A DNA stretch of 63,652 bases, counting the filler, from Octopus bimaculoides (Eukaryota), in NCBI RefSeq assembly GCF_001194135.2. It is 5 parts of 4 records of this genome, joined end to end, with 100 filler letters (N's around TTAATTAATTAA, not from the genome) between each part and the next. Parts side by side here need not be neighbours in the genome. Positions count along the whole stretch, not along the records: positions 1 to 18,319 come from NC_068982.1; 4 more parts are not named here. The stretch is one strand, 5' to 3'. A program made the position numbers and the translations under genes. Shown here piece by piece: positions 1 to 12,217 of the stretch (within the stretch, counting starts at the first letter, position 1; every line of letters begins with the position of its first letter). The notes under the pieces were generated by a model, which was given only the letters and a program-made list of their open reading frames with translations, did not search any database and had not been told where the DNA came from.

Positions 1-59
<59 letters not shown>

Positions 60-959
60 AATATATATACACATATAAATATCTATCTATCTATCTTGAA
101 TACTCCCTATATATATATATATATATGTATGTATATACACACACACACCAACGTCATTGATTTTTTTCCAATTTTATCGTAGCTGCCAGTCTACCAGTTT
201 TCAGATAGAATCAACGAACCGTGTCAATATGTCTACATTGTTTCCATTCACAAACCATTTTCCTTCTTTTTAACACTTCACATGATGCTTGGTCAATGGA
301 CCAAATAATAACAGTTCACAAAAATCTACGAAAACAGACAAATATATTGGCTATAAGTCTATTATGGTGATGTGTTGATGATGATGATGATGGTGATGAT
401 GATAATGGTGATGATGATGATTTTGAAAGTGATGATTATAACGGCAAGTACGAATGATAAGAAATTTTAGCAGAAGACAATATTTTCATTATTATCAAAT
501 AGCTTTCCCTTCTGCTGATCTATTGATCACTCCTCAGAGCCTCAGCATCATCTCTTGATTTGCTAGAAACAGTTAGTAAAAGCACCTTCAACTCACACAC
601 TAACGTCTGAAAAGAAAATAGATGGAAAAGGTGTATAATGAAGTTATAAAAAACTTTAGAAAAAGATGATTGTCACAAAGCGGACTCATTAATGGTAGAT
701 CTGGTCAAGCAGGCATGTCATAAATTTAAAATCATAACAACTTCAACTACTTTATTGTGTCGGAGTACGAATCGTTATACTTAATTCTATGAGCTGCAAT
801 GCTCGCTCATGCACACATATATAGATAAATACGTACTCACATGCATAAATGCATTCATACATCATGCAAGTATACTATGTGCAGTCGCTGAAGTCAGTTG
901 CCCACATGTTAACTTAATGTTAAGGATACGGAAAAGACAACATTTATACCGAACTGATG

Positions 960-1145
960 CGAAATTTGTACTATAACTTTAAATTGTTACCAAAGATTAT
1001 TGGAGCACTAGGCTATATGACTAATTCCCTCAAGGCCAATCTTGAGAAGCTGGGTTTTACAAAACAAGACTGTAATCTTAAGCAGAAGATTACAGTCACA
1101 AACTGTCAAAGGTCCTGTAAAACATTTCGTGAAGTTTAGCGTATA
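960..1145 (+). mobile_element. Non-LTR retrotransposon 3' remnant, RLE-endonuclease type
   Basis: IIGALGYMTNSLKANLEKLGF...CKTF resembles the RLE C-terminus. Paralogous to 22600-22770. Confidence 0.55.
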
Positions 1146-1324
1146 AAATCCATATGTTAATAAGATTTCGTGCTTGCAAAAAATACAGTTTCGATATTGT
1201 AAAAACCATTATGTGAGAAAAATATCGTTATCATAAATTTAAGGTCAGTTTTATTTCTGGGCTTTAAAGCAAAAAGCGAAAATGCGTTTATCAGAAGATT
1301 TCATTTCAAGTTTACATTCACATT

Positions 1325-2040
1325 GTGCAATCCCATTATACAGGGATGAGAATTAGCATTGCAAAGACTGAGTTATTGGTCCTCTCAAGAAAGCTTTCTT
1401 TGTGCATTTTGCATGTTCGTGGAATATCACTTAGACAAGTGTATATGGTTAAGTGTCTCGGAGCTGATGGGGTACAGGAGGCCGAATTGGATGCTAGAAT
1501 TGTAGGCACACTAACGCCCCGGCTCTAGTCTTCCATCTTCAGAAGTGATATTGGTAAGAAAGCTGAACTCTCTATCTTCAATTCGATTTTCGTGTCTTTC
1601 CTCATCCATGGTCATTGATGTAAGGTAATGAACGAAATAATACGATCGCGAATACAAGCAGCTGAAATGCTGTTCCTTTGAAGGATCTCTACAGTAATGT
1701 TACTCGACAGGGTGCATAGCTCGGAGATCAGAGAGTTGCTCCAGATCGAGTCACTACTTCTCGTATAGAGAAGTTACATCTCCGGTACTGTGGACGTGTG
1801 ATTAGAATGTCGCGGAAAAGAATCGGAAGACGAATCTTCAAGCCGAGCTAACCGATGGGAAAATTAAGGATATACCAAGAATGAAATGGTTGGATAATAT
1901 CCAGTCTCAATTTGTCACGCTTGGGAATCCATTCAAAAAATTTAATGACGTTTATTTTGTAATGGAACCTCATGGAGGAGGTGCCTGAGCAATCTACCCT
2001 CACGACACTCCCAAGAATTATGGGCAGAGATGGATGGATA
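1325..2040 (+). mobile_element. RTE-clade LINE 3' fragment (degraded)
   Basis: GMRISIAKTELLVLSRK...QVYMVKCLG, downstream IQAAEMLFL.RI remnants, and a (gatg)n-like tail. Multiple stops and frameshifts. Confidence 0.75.
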
Positions 2041-2291
2041 CGATATACATATTAATAATGTGTAGAGACAAATAAGTTATGAGAAAGCTAGCTTATATAA
2101 AGATATATTTGATATTTTAAAACGAACAAATGATATCAGATACGAAAGTTTAATATCATGAAAACCTTGATAAAGAAAATATAGACAAAATGTTAATGGC
2201 TACACACTTTTTAAAACTACAAGAAACGGAATATGTTTAAAATGGAATATATAAAGTATGTTAGGACATAGGGTTATCTCTTATACTTTAT

Positions 2292-2575
2292 CTTTTACTT
2301 GTTTCAGCCATTTGACTGCGACCATTCTGGGGCACCAATTTGAAGAATTTAGCCAAGTGAATCAACCCCAATACATATGTTTTTTTAAAGCCTCGTGCTT
2401 ATTTTATCGGTCTCTTTTGCCAAACCACTAATTTACAACACCGGTTTTCAAGCGAGGTGGGGGGAAAACAGCCACACACACACACACACACACGCACAGC
2501 CACATACACACAGCCACACACACACAGACACAGACNNNNNNNNNNCGGTTTTCAAGCGAGGTGGGGGGAAAACAG

Positions 2576-2609
<34 letters not shown>

Positions 2610-2888
2610 CCACACACACACACGCACAGCCACATACACACAGCCACACACACACAGACACAGACACACACACGCACAGACACATACACACAGCCACACA
2701 CACAGACACACACAGACACGCATACACACATGTCATGCTTCTTTCAGTTTCCGCCTACCAAGTCCACTTACAAGGCTGTGGTCGGCCCGAGGCTATAGTA
2801 GAAGACACTTGCCCAAGGTGCCAGGCAGTGGGACTGAACCCGGAAGCATCTGGTTGGGAAGCAGGCTTCTTACCACATAGCCTGCGGC
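2292..2888 (-). mobile_element. SINE family A (tRNA head, internal CA/TA microsatellite)
   Basis: Homologous to the copies at 28687, 34570, 47680 and 59885. tRNA-like head ends at about 2888; tail is ttttacttgtttcag. Confidence 0.85.
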
Positions 2889-4374
2889 TAATAATAACAA
2901 TAAAAAAGCTCTGTTGAAAAAAGAAAAGTGAAAACAGAAAGAAAAATTCTATTCCGGCCCAAAAGCTGATCAGGTATACTAAAACTGCTTTTTTGATCTT
3001 GAAAGTATATCACTTGTTTCAAATTTCCATATGAAGAAAAATGTCAGGATAAGATTACTGTAAATACATTAATGTTAACGTATACCCGAGAAGAAAAATA
3101 ACTTTACTCTATTTATTCTGAAAAGTCACAATTTGAATTCACTCATTTGGAAAATAAGAGATAAAATAAGAATAGAGTGAAGATTCGAGAATATGTAGTG
3201 TGTAACAGCACGAAACATAAAACACTATTATATTTACTAGGAAAACAAAGAGACAAGGGACGTTTTATAGAATAACGACGAAAAATGTTTAAAAGCTGCC
3301 TAATACGTATTAAGGGCAAATTAACCCAAATGTTTAAAAAAAAAACAACAAAGAAACAAGCTAAGAATCATATACACAGAGGCCAATTAGTACAAAAGAG
3401 AAGATATACTCTGTGAGGAAGAAAGAGAGGTATGAAAAATTTTACTCAAAGTACACACACACACACATCACGTATGAAAGTAATAAAAAACAAAATGCAA
3501 ACAAGGCTTTTCAAGAAAATAGCATGAAATGTTTACTCTATACATAACCAATAACCGTGAAAACAACGGAGAAGCTAGATCAACGCAAATCTCAAGATTG
3601 GCTTATACTTATTTATAACAGGTCTAAGCATGTCACCAGAAACCTTACAGCGTAACTGTATAATACAGTCGTATAATGTAAAGCCTATAATATGAGGAAC
3701 CTTTCAAAAAGGAAACCATTTCCCATCCCAGGATTGGTTTAGGAACTCTGGATTGGAGAAAAAATCATTTGAGTGTCGGAAAAAAAATTCTTGTTTATAT
3801 TCGTTTTGATTCTGTGTTCTGAGTTCAAATCTCACCAAGGTCAACTTAGACTTCCATCCCTATGGGGCCGATAAAAGTACCAGTCAAGTACTGTAGTTGA
3901 TGGTATCGATTAAATTCCGCCACAGAAAACTGCCAGTCTTCTGCCTCAATGAAAAACAATTATTTCTGGTTAACTGGTCTTTCCTAAGAAAGAAATAAAC
4001 GATGATATGACAGAGTGAGCTGTTTGGTTTGCATATTATATCAACTTTGTTGGTATTACTGTGTTATTTCCGAAAACATAGCAGATATAGCAATTGATAT
4101 ATCAATTGATGTAGCAATTCCCTGCAGATTAAGCTATGTAGACAGAGAAGAGAAATTACTAAAGAAATTAATTTGAATGATGGATACAGAACGGAAACTA
4201 TAGCGTATAATGAAAACTGTGTTGGAATGAAAACGAACTAACATCTTTTGTTGAATATTATCAACGTAACGATCAAAAATAAATAAATAAAAACAACACT
4301 CACTTTGGGAAAGAATTGCACACGCTCGGAATATTGACGAATTAAGCAATGAAAGGCTGCGGTAAAAATAATTC

Positions 4375-4376
<2 letters not shown>

Positions 4377-4455
<79 letters not shown>

Positions 4456-4509
4456 GATGATGATGATAATAATAATAATAATAATAACAATAATAATAAT
4501 AATAATAAT
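4377..4509. repeat. Compound (GAT)n-(AAT)n microsatellite, representative of dozens of TA/CA/GA/TATC/CATA/TAA/TAG arrays in the window
   Basis: Directly visible. Confidence 0.95.
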
Positions 4510-5073
4510 GCCCTGATGCAGTACCAGGCAGTGGCTCTCATGGCTTCTCATCTTAACTGATTGGACGTGTTATCATGTACATTGTTTTGTCTTGGTATAT
4601 TTGCTACAGCAAATATTCTGCTCATTACCATAGATTTGCCTGTCAGTTGTTTGACCATAAGTACTTGAGCATGTCCCTTAGTGGCTGACAATATGTGCAT
4701 CTTTGATCACGGGCAGAAGTTGTGGGGAATATCATAGTCATGTATTGAGGGGAAATCTTTGGGATTTGGATAATTCACCTCTGGAAACAAGGGTGCTTCG
4801 TTCAACATCCTTAAACAACCCTTATTCAGGGACATTTTAAGCGGGATGAGCAACTCGACCTGAAGAAAATTCTAACTGTGCCCCATCTGCAAGGCCATGC
4901 GCTGTTAATCTTGATATGAGATCCCCATATCACGCAATCTTGATATGAGATCCCCATGTTGTGACATATGTGTCTGGTGTAGCCTTATGAGACGAGTAGT
5001 CATGAGGGGTATATTGGGCTTCGTATGTTGGTGCCCCAGTGTCACTTTGATGGCATACACTTCTCGCTCATTC
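4510..5073 (+). mobile_element. Non-coding interspersed element E (about 560 bp) flanked by (AAT)n on both sides
   Basis: A second, inverted copy lies at 13566-14095. Both start exactly aataat|gccctgatgca. Confidence 0.75.
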
Positions 5074-5126
<53 letters not shown>

Positions 5127-5648
5127 TAATAATCCTTTTTATTAAAGGCGTAAGGCCAGTAATTTCGTGGGAGGGGCAAGTCGATTACATCGATCCCAAT
5201 GCAATCATTTCGTTCGTCAGCTGATATGATTGTCTGCACCGGTGGATGGCACTACCATATCACGTAATTTCACCGTCAGTTGCAAATCACCTGGGATAGT
5301 CAACCTCACACTGAATGCCAGAACGAAAATCAGTCATACCGATGTAACATAATAATGACCCAAACAATCACTGGTGTCGCAAAAAGCCGGCAGACGACGA
5401 ATAAATTTTATATTACCGACAGTAAAAGCTTTTGTAACGAATAATAATCAGCGCATCCAACCTCGATTGGATGTGCTGTCTTGATCACTTTAAACTGCTG
5501 TATACGCCCAGAGATACCATCTCATTTCGATAGCACGTGCCTAAACAACAGTTTAAGGCGATCTTAACATCACATCCAGTTTATGTTGGATGTATCAAAT
5601 ATTATTCTTTACAAACACACTGGTACTATCACTAATAGCTGATTAATG

Positions 5649-5690
<42 letters not shown>

Positions 5691-6298
5691 ATATAAAAAG
5701 TATATAAATATATGCATATCTAACAGTATCAATAAAATATACATTCTAGTTTAGAGAAAATGACGTAGGTTCAGTGACTATCTAGTAGTAGCATGTCCCC
5801 TCAGAAACTCCGGACTGGTGTCCGGCGTGCTGGAAGACTACTGAGAGTGGGGCAACCTTCAGGTTTTACTAATGCATATCTCTCAGAGTTATAAAACTGG
5901 ATATTGGACATTTTGGGAACTTTTGCTCGCGTTTGAGCTCAGGGAGCTTCTACATTCCTGAGCCTGTAATCCACATTGGCACTAGGAATCTTTTCCTGGC
6001 TAGTCTTTGAGACATTTGAGTAGGATGGGGAGGGCCTGTTAGGTTTTGTGCAAGCCTTATTGTACCTAAAAGTTTAGGTTACACGATCGCCGACGAAACA
6101 ATTTTCCGATACCCTATCGTGCAGGGGGCGCTGCGGCGACAAAGGAAGCTGCAGGTGCGAGCCCGGATGAAGCCGACTACAGTTGCAATAACCTTATGCA
6201 GTGTTACTGGTGATACTTTACATAGGTAATGGTCAGGGATAATCTTCCTCGGTTACGATTGTACAGCCGTCATATATATATAAGTGCATCTATATGAT

Positions 6299-6394
<96 letters not shown>

Positions 6395-7197
6395 ACATAT
6401 TTGCGGATTAAGGCTACCGTCGGTTTCATGTCAAGGAAGCCCTAAAGAATTATCAAGCTTAGTACACGAAACATCAATGTTCATCTCTATTTTGGATTAA
6501 TCGCTTTAATCCAAAATGGAGAACACCGATATTTCAGATGATTAAAAAAAAGCATAGCTTCTGTGACGTCAATACACATACAGACTAACAAAATACACAC
6601 ACATATAATGAATATCATGGCGTGTCAATCAACACAAACACACGCCCGCTATCTGTGACATATACACACACATAGTCTTCGACTCTCTTTAAAAAAAAAA
6701 AAAAAAAAAAAAANNNNNNNNNNNNNNNNNNNNNNNNNNNNNNNNNNNNNNNNNNNNNNNNNNNNNNNNNNNNNNNNNNNNNNNNNNNNNNNNNNNNNNN
6801 NNNNNNNNNNNNNNNNNNNNNNNNNNNNNNNNNNNNNNNNNNNNNNNNNNNNNNNNNNNNNNNNNNNNNNNNNNNNNNNNNNNNNNAGAGAAAAAGAGTG
6901 AGAGTGAGTGAAGGGGGTGTTGTCAGGTATACGTACATACATCAATACGTATGCGTACATCTTTTTTGTATGTACGTGTGTGCGTGTGTGTGTGTGTGAG
7001 AAAGAGAAAGAGAGAGAGAGAGTGAACTTTTCCAAGTGTAAGAACTTGTCCTGCAGTTTTCCAGGTTTATAATCTTAAGAATGTTATTTCCTTTGCTCGT
7101 ATTTTTCCATGTAATAGATATTATTAGTAACTATTGCAGAAAATCTTTCTCCTGCTGCTACTAAGGTATACTACAAGCTCATTTTAAAGTGACCCTA

Positions 7198-7385
7198 GAC
7201 ACGTGGCTTAGTGGTTAGGGTGTTGGACTGGTAATCGCAAGATTATGGTTTCGATTCCTGGACCGGCCATGCATTATGCTTTTGAGCAAAACACTTCATT
7301 TCACGTTTGCTCCAGTTCCTTCAGCTGGCAAAAAATGAGTAATTCTGCGATGGACCGGCGTCCCATCCAAGTGAGGAATGTGTAC
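7198..7385 (+). mobile_element. tRNA-derived SINE family C
   Basis: A box tggcttagtgg (7204-7214), B box ggtttcgattcc (7247-7258), then ttgagcaaaacacttcatttcac. Related copies at about 9540 and 61115. Confidence 0.8.
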
Positions 7386-7574
7386 TTCATGGAAAGAGTA
7401 TATGAGACTCGGGAAATATCTTTATGTTTATACACTGTTAAACAAATTCGAAGATGAAAGATATTTTATTCTTCTTAGCAAATTGTCATTGACTCAGGTG
7501 TTAACAATTCGACGAATCATTAAAGAATTAACTCATTGTGTGTAAAGTGCTTCTTTTTTCTTTTTCTATTTTCT

Positions 7575-8154
7575 TCTGCAGACACAAGGCCTGAAATTTT
7601 GGGGGAGGGTGCTAGTCGATTACATCAACCCCAGTATTTGACCGGTACTTGTTCTTATTTTATCGACCTCGAAAGGAGGAAAGGCCAAGTCAACCTTGGC
7701 GGAATTTGAACCCAGAAGGTAAAGCCGGAAGAAATACCGCCAATAATTTTGTCGGGTATGGTAACGATCCTGAACAGCTCGCTGCTTATTGAGCCAATAG
7801 ATAATGTTAGCGGATCCGGAAGGATGATAGCAAAACACAAATCAGAGTTTGAACTAGTGATATAAGGCGTTTAGTTCTATCGTTATCACATCGCTGCTGC
7901 GATGTATAACCGAAATTTATACTTGTAATGAATGCATGTGTATAGAAGAGAATATATAAACAAGTTTGTATGTCATGTAATAAATATACGTATAGGTAGC
8001 CCACAGACGGTTTAAAGCCTGTATTTAAGAATATATTAAATTTGATGATGTGAATGAGTGAAAACTATGGTAAAACAGGCACACACATACAGGCACAAAC
8101 GCACGCACATGCGCGCGCACACCCATGTATGTACATATATAGGCGTGCACAGGC

Positions 8155-8199
<45 letters not shown>

Positions 8200-10095
8200 G
8201 TGTGTATGTCTGTATAAATGTATGCATATATACACGTGTATAAGCATACTAGTTATAAATATATCCTATATTCATAAGACCTTATAATGAACATGCTACA
8301 TAACGCTGAATATATGATTGACCTATATGCATTTTTCTGCATATGTACACGTTATTAGGGAATTTCTATGGGAAAGTGTTATCAAGTTGGTTAATTAGCT
8401 AGATATAATTGCAGGAAATTTGGTAATAAACACCAAGAGTGTGTATAAGTGATAAAAGAGTGCGTTTCAGTCTTAAAAATCTCTTTCACACACCACGTTG
8501 TCGTGTGTGTTCTATATTTTGTAACTATTTACACAGCTGGCGTTTAAAACGAAAGCACTCCGTGCTTGACTTAAAGTTGGCAACGTCCCTCACATCATAA
8601 TGAAAGTCGAAAACTCCACCTTCACCATGTCATTGCACTAAATAGAAACCTTAACAGCCTCGGTGGTTTTATATTAAAGAAACAAAAATAAGACTAAAAA
8701 AATATAAATAAAAGATGATAGAAATAGTAAAATATTGGTTTCAAATATTGGCACATGGCCAACAATTTCAATTGGATGCGTTATTCAGTTACATCGACCT
8801 CAGTACTTGACTGGTACTTTGTTTTATCAACCCTGAAAGGATGAAAGGTAGAAATCATCAACAGTGGTATTTGAACTCAGAACGTAAAGTGCCAGAAGAA
8901 ATGTCTGAGAATTTAGGCCAAGATGCTAACGATTAAAGCAACTCGCTGCCTTGGAAATTGTAAAAATATTCTTTTCTATTCTAGGCACAAGGCCGAAATT
9001 CTGGGGGAGGTGGGGTAGTCGATTAGATCGACCCCAATACGCAACTGGAACTTAATTTATCGACTCCAAAAGGATGAAAGGCAAAGTGGACCTCGCCGAA
9101 TTTCAACTCAGAACGTAAAGACAGACGAAATAAGCATTTCGCCCGGCGTGCTAACGTTTCTTATTTCTTTATTGCCTACAAGGGGCTAAAGATAGAGGGG
9201 ACAAACAAGGACAGACAAAGGGATTAAGTCGATTACATTGACCCCAGTGCGTAGCTGATACTTAATTTATCGACCCCGAAAGGATGAAAGGCAAAGTCGA
9301 CCTCGGCGAAATTTGAACTCAGAACGTAACAGCAGACGAAATACCTATTTCGTTATTGCCCACAAGGAGCTAAACATAGAGGGAACAAANNNNNNNNNNA
9401 AAGGATGAAAGGCAAAGTGGACCTCGCCGAATTTCAACTCAGAACGTAAAGTGCCAGAAGAAATGTCTGAGAATTTAGGCCAAGATGCTAACGATTAAAG
9501 CAACTCGCTGCCTTGGAAATTGTAAAAATATTAATTGTATTCGTGGCCTAGTGTTTAAGATGTTCGATTGATGACCGTAAATTTGTGAGTTCAGTTTCTG
9601 AACAATGTGTTACGTTGTCGTCTTTGAGTAAGACACTTAATGTCACATTCTTCGAGACTACACAGCTGTAAAGAGTACTAACAGGGTACTGACGCAGACT
9701 TCCCACCCCTTCGGCTGTCACATGCTGGATGTTTTGTTGGATTAACGGTGAAAGAATCGAGAGGGTATCTATATCGGCAGGTACATAAAACAATTAACGA
9801 AAGCATGGTACATGCTACTAGGTCATACGGAGTTATTTCGGAAGGTGCTTACATCTAACATACGAAATCCGCTTAGCTATGTCATCGATAATCCTTTCTA
9901 CTATAAGCACAATGCCAGAAAGTTCGGGGTAGGGGGTTAGTCGATTACATTAACACCAGTACTCAACCTGTACTTATTTACTCCAAAAGCTGAAAGTCAA
10001 AGTCGACCGTGGCGGCATTTGAGCTCAGAACATAAAGATGAACGAAATGCCGCTAAGTATCTTGGCTGACGTGCTAATGATTCTGTCATCTCGCT
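7575..10095 (-). mobile_element. Cluster of about 6 minus-strand SINE family B copies (about 7575-7800, 8740-9515, 9895-10095)
   Basis: Repeated aaggatgaaaggcaaagtcgacctcggcggaatttgaactcagaacgtaa motif. Confidence 0.85.
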
Positions 10096-10424
10096 GTTTT
10101 TATATTATCAATAATCGTGATTTCTCACACTGCAGAAGGAAATCACATACCATAAATGGTAAGTTGTAGTAAAGTGCCTTCTCAGAACGGTACTACCTTC
10201 GTCAGTGAAAAATTTCCTGACAGAAAAATGAAGTAGCTTCATTTTTCTGTTAGGAAATTTTTATTCTTTATTCTTTTTATTCTTTATTGTACCCTCAACA
10301 CGGTATTTCCCCTTAGATTCCTCTCCATCAGTCTGTCTGTCTGTCTGTCGCCCCCTCTCTGTCTCTCAGACATTTTATTGAGTGGGATGTATACATTGAA
10401 TTTATTATCGAAATCAATTAAAAG

Positions 10425-11455
10425 CCGGTAGCTGGCAGAATTATTAGAACTCCGGAAAGGATGCTTTGCACTATATCTTCCGACTTATTATATTCTGAGT
10501 TCAGATTCCGCCGAGGTACACTTTACTTTTCATCCTTTCGGAGTCAATAAAATAAGTACCAGTTGAGACCTGGGGTCAACGTAACTGACTTACTCCCTTC
10601 ACCGAACTTGCTGGTCTTGTGGCAAAATTTGAAACTATTATTATCATTAAAAATCTGATGGTGGTGAACGGTTAGAATCATTAGTGCATCGAACAAAAGT
10701 TCTTTGAAGTATTTCTTTCTACTCTGAATTAAAATTCTACCAAGATTGACTTTACCGTTTATCGTTTTGGAGTCGATATAATATATAGCAGCTGAGTTTT
10801 AAGGTCGATATAATCAACTCCGTTCCTTCCCCAAAGCTGCTGACTTGGTGCTAAAATTTGAAACCAGAGCTGGCAGAATGGTCGCTTGTTTCTCTAGGAT
10901 TGGTCAAATTGATGTAGCCCCCTCTGCTGAGAATCCAATGAGATTCGAAAATCAATTAAGATCGTTCATCATTTAACAGATTGTATTGTTAAAATACCAT
11001 CACGTGTGGCAAGTGAGTTATCAGCCATACAGACAAATTAATAAGATATATACACATACAAATAGCACACCGGGTAAAATGCTTAGCGGTATTTTGTCCG
11101 TCTTTATGTACTTAGTTCAAATTCCACCGAGATCGACTTTGCCTTTTATCCTTTCGGGAGTCTATAAACTAAGTACCAGTTGCGTACTGGTGTCGATCTA
11201 ATTGACTGCTCCCACCCCGCAAAAAATTCGAGCCTTGTGCCTAGAATAGAAAAGAATCGTTAGCATGCCGGGTAAAATGCGTAGCGGTATTTCGTCCATC
11301 TTTATGTTTTGAGTTAAAATTCCGCCGAGGTCGACTTTGCTTTATCATCCTTTCGGAGTCGATAAAATAAGAACTAGTCAACTAATTACTATAGTCGATG
11401 TAATCGACTTGTTCCTTCCTCTTAAAACAGCTGGCCTTGTGTCAAAATTAGAAAG
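10425..11455 (+). mobile_element. Cluster of 4 or more plus-strand SINE family B copies
   Basis: Repeated gctggcagaatcgttagc...gagttcaaattccgccgaggtcgactttgcctttcatcctttcgg...ccttgtgcct units, some fused tail-to-head. Confidence 0.85.
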
Positions 11456-12166
11456 AGTTGCCTAAATCAATAAAGCGTCTTATTCTCGCCATTCTGCATT
11501 TGATGAAGATTTATTTATTTATTTATTTATTTATTATTTATATGAGTTTTTGCGAAATCAGGTCATGTTCGAAAGTGTCTCCATAGACCAATTACATATA
11601 GCAACGTTCATCATAGATACTGCAGTAGGCCACACATTAGAATGACGTTTACCACATACACTCGAGTAGACTACACATTTCAGTGACGTGCACCACAGAC
11701 ATCGCCGGAGACTGCACATTATTACCATGATGTACAGTGCAAATATTGTAGCAGACTATTTGCTACAATAACATCTCATTTTCTTATATCTTTTTTTTTT
11801 ATTTCTTTCGTAGTTGTTTTGTCTTCTTTTTATTTTTAACTTTGTCTTCATCTGGTGCCTTTTTAATGATGAGCAGTGACCTTAGCGTGTGTAAATAAAC
11901 TCTGTGAAAAATGATGTGTGAGGTAATGATGGGTGGGTGGGTGGTGGGTTTGTGTTTCACTAAACTGGATTTTGTGATTAGTGGAAACACTTGCAGATGT
12001 TGTTCTGGGAGTGGGGACGGAGTGGTGGTGGTGATGGTGTGGTGGCGGTGGTGTGGTGGCGGTGGTGTGGTGGCGGTGGTGATAGTGGTGGTGGTAGTGG
12101 TGGTTCTGTATTGAGGAGGAAAAAATTGCACATGCTGCTTTTTGAAGGACCTGCGAATAGAGAAAT

Positions 12167-12217
<51 letters not shown>

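Noticed and set aside
5790-5885. HDV-like ribozyme candidate (ggggcaacc...ctaatg)
   Set aside because: P1, P2 and P3 pairings could not be assembled consistently.
7198-7270. tRNA gene candidates (also 25010-25084)
   Set aside because: A/B boxes continue into SINE bodies and there is no complete cloverleaf.
8740-11455. Regularly recurring ~200-bp units suggesting a CRISPR-like or satellite array
   Set aside because: The units are diverged SINE copies with irregular spacing; there are no cas genes and the context is eukaryotic.
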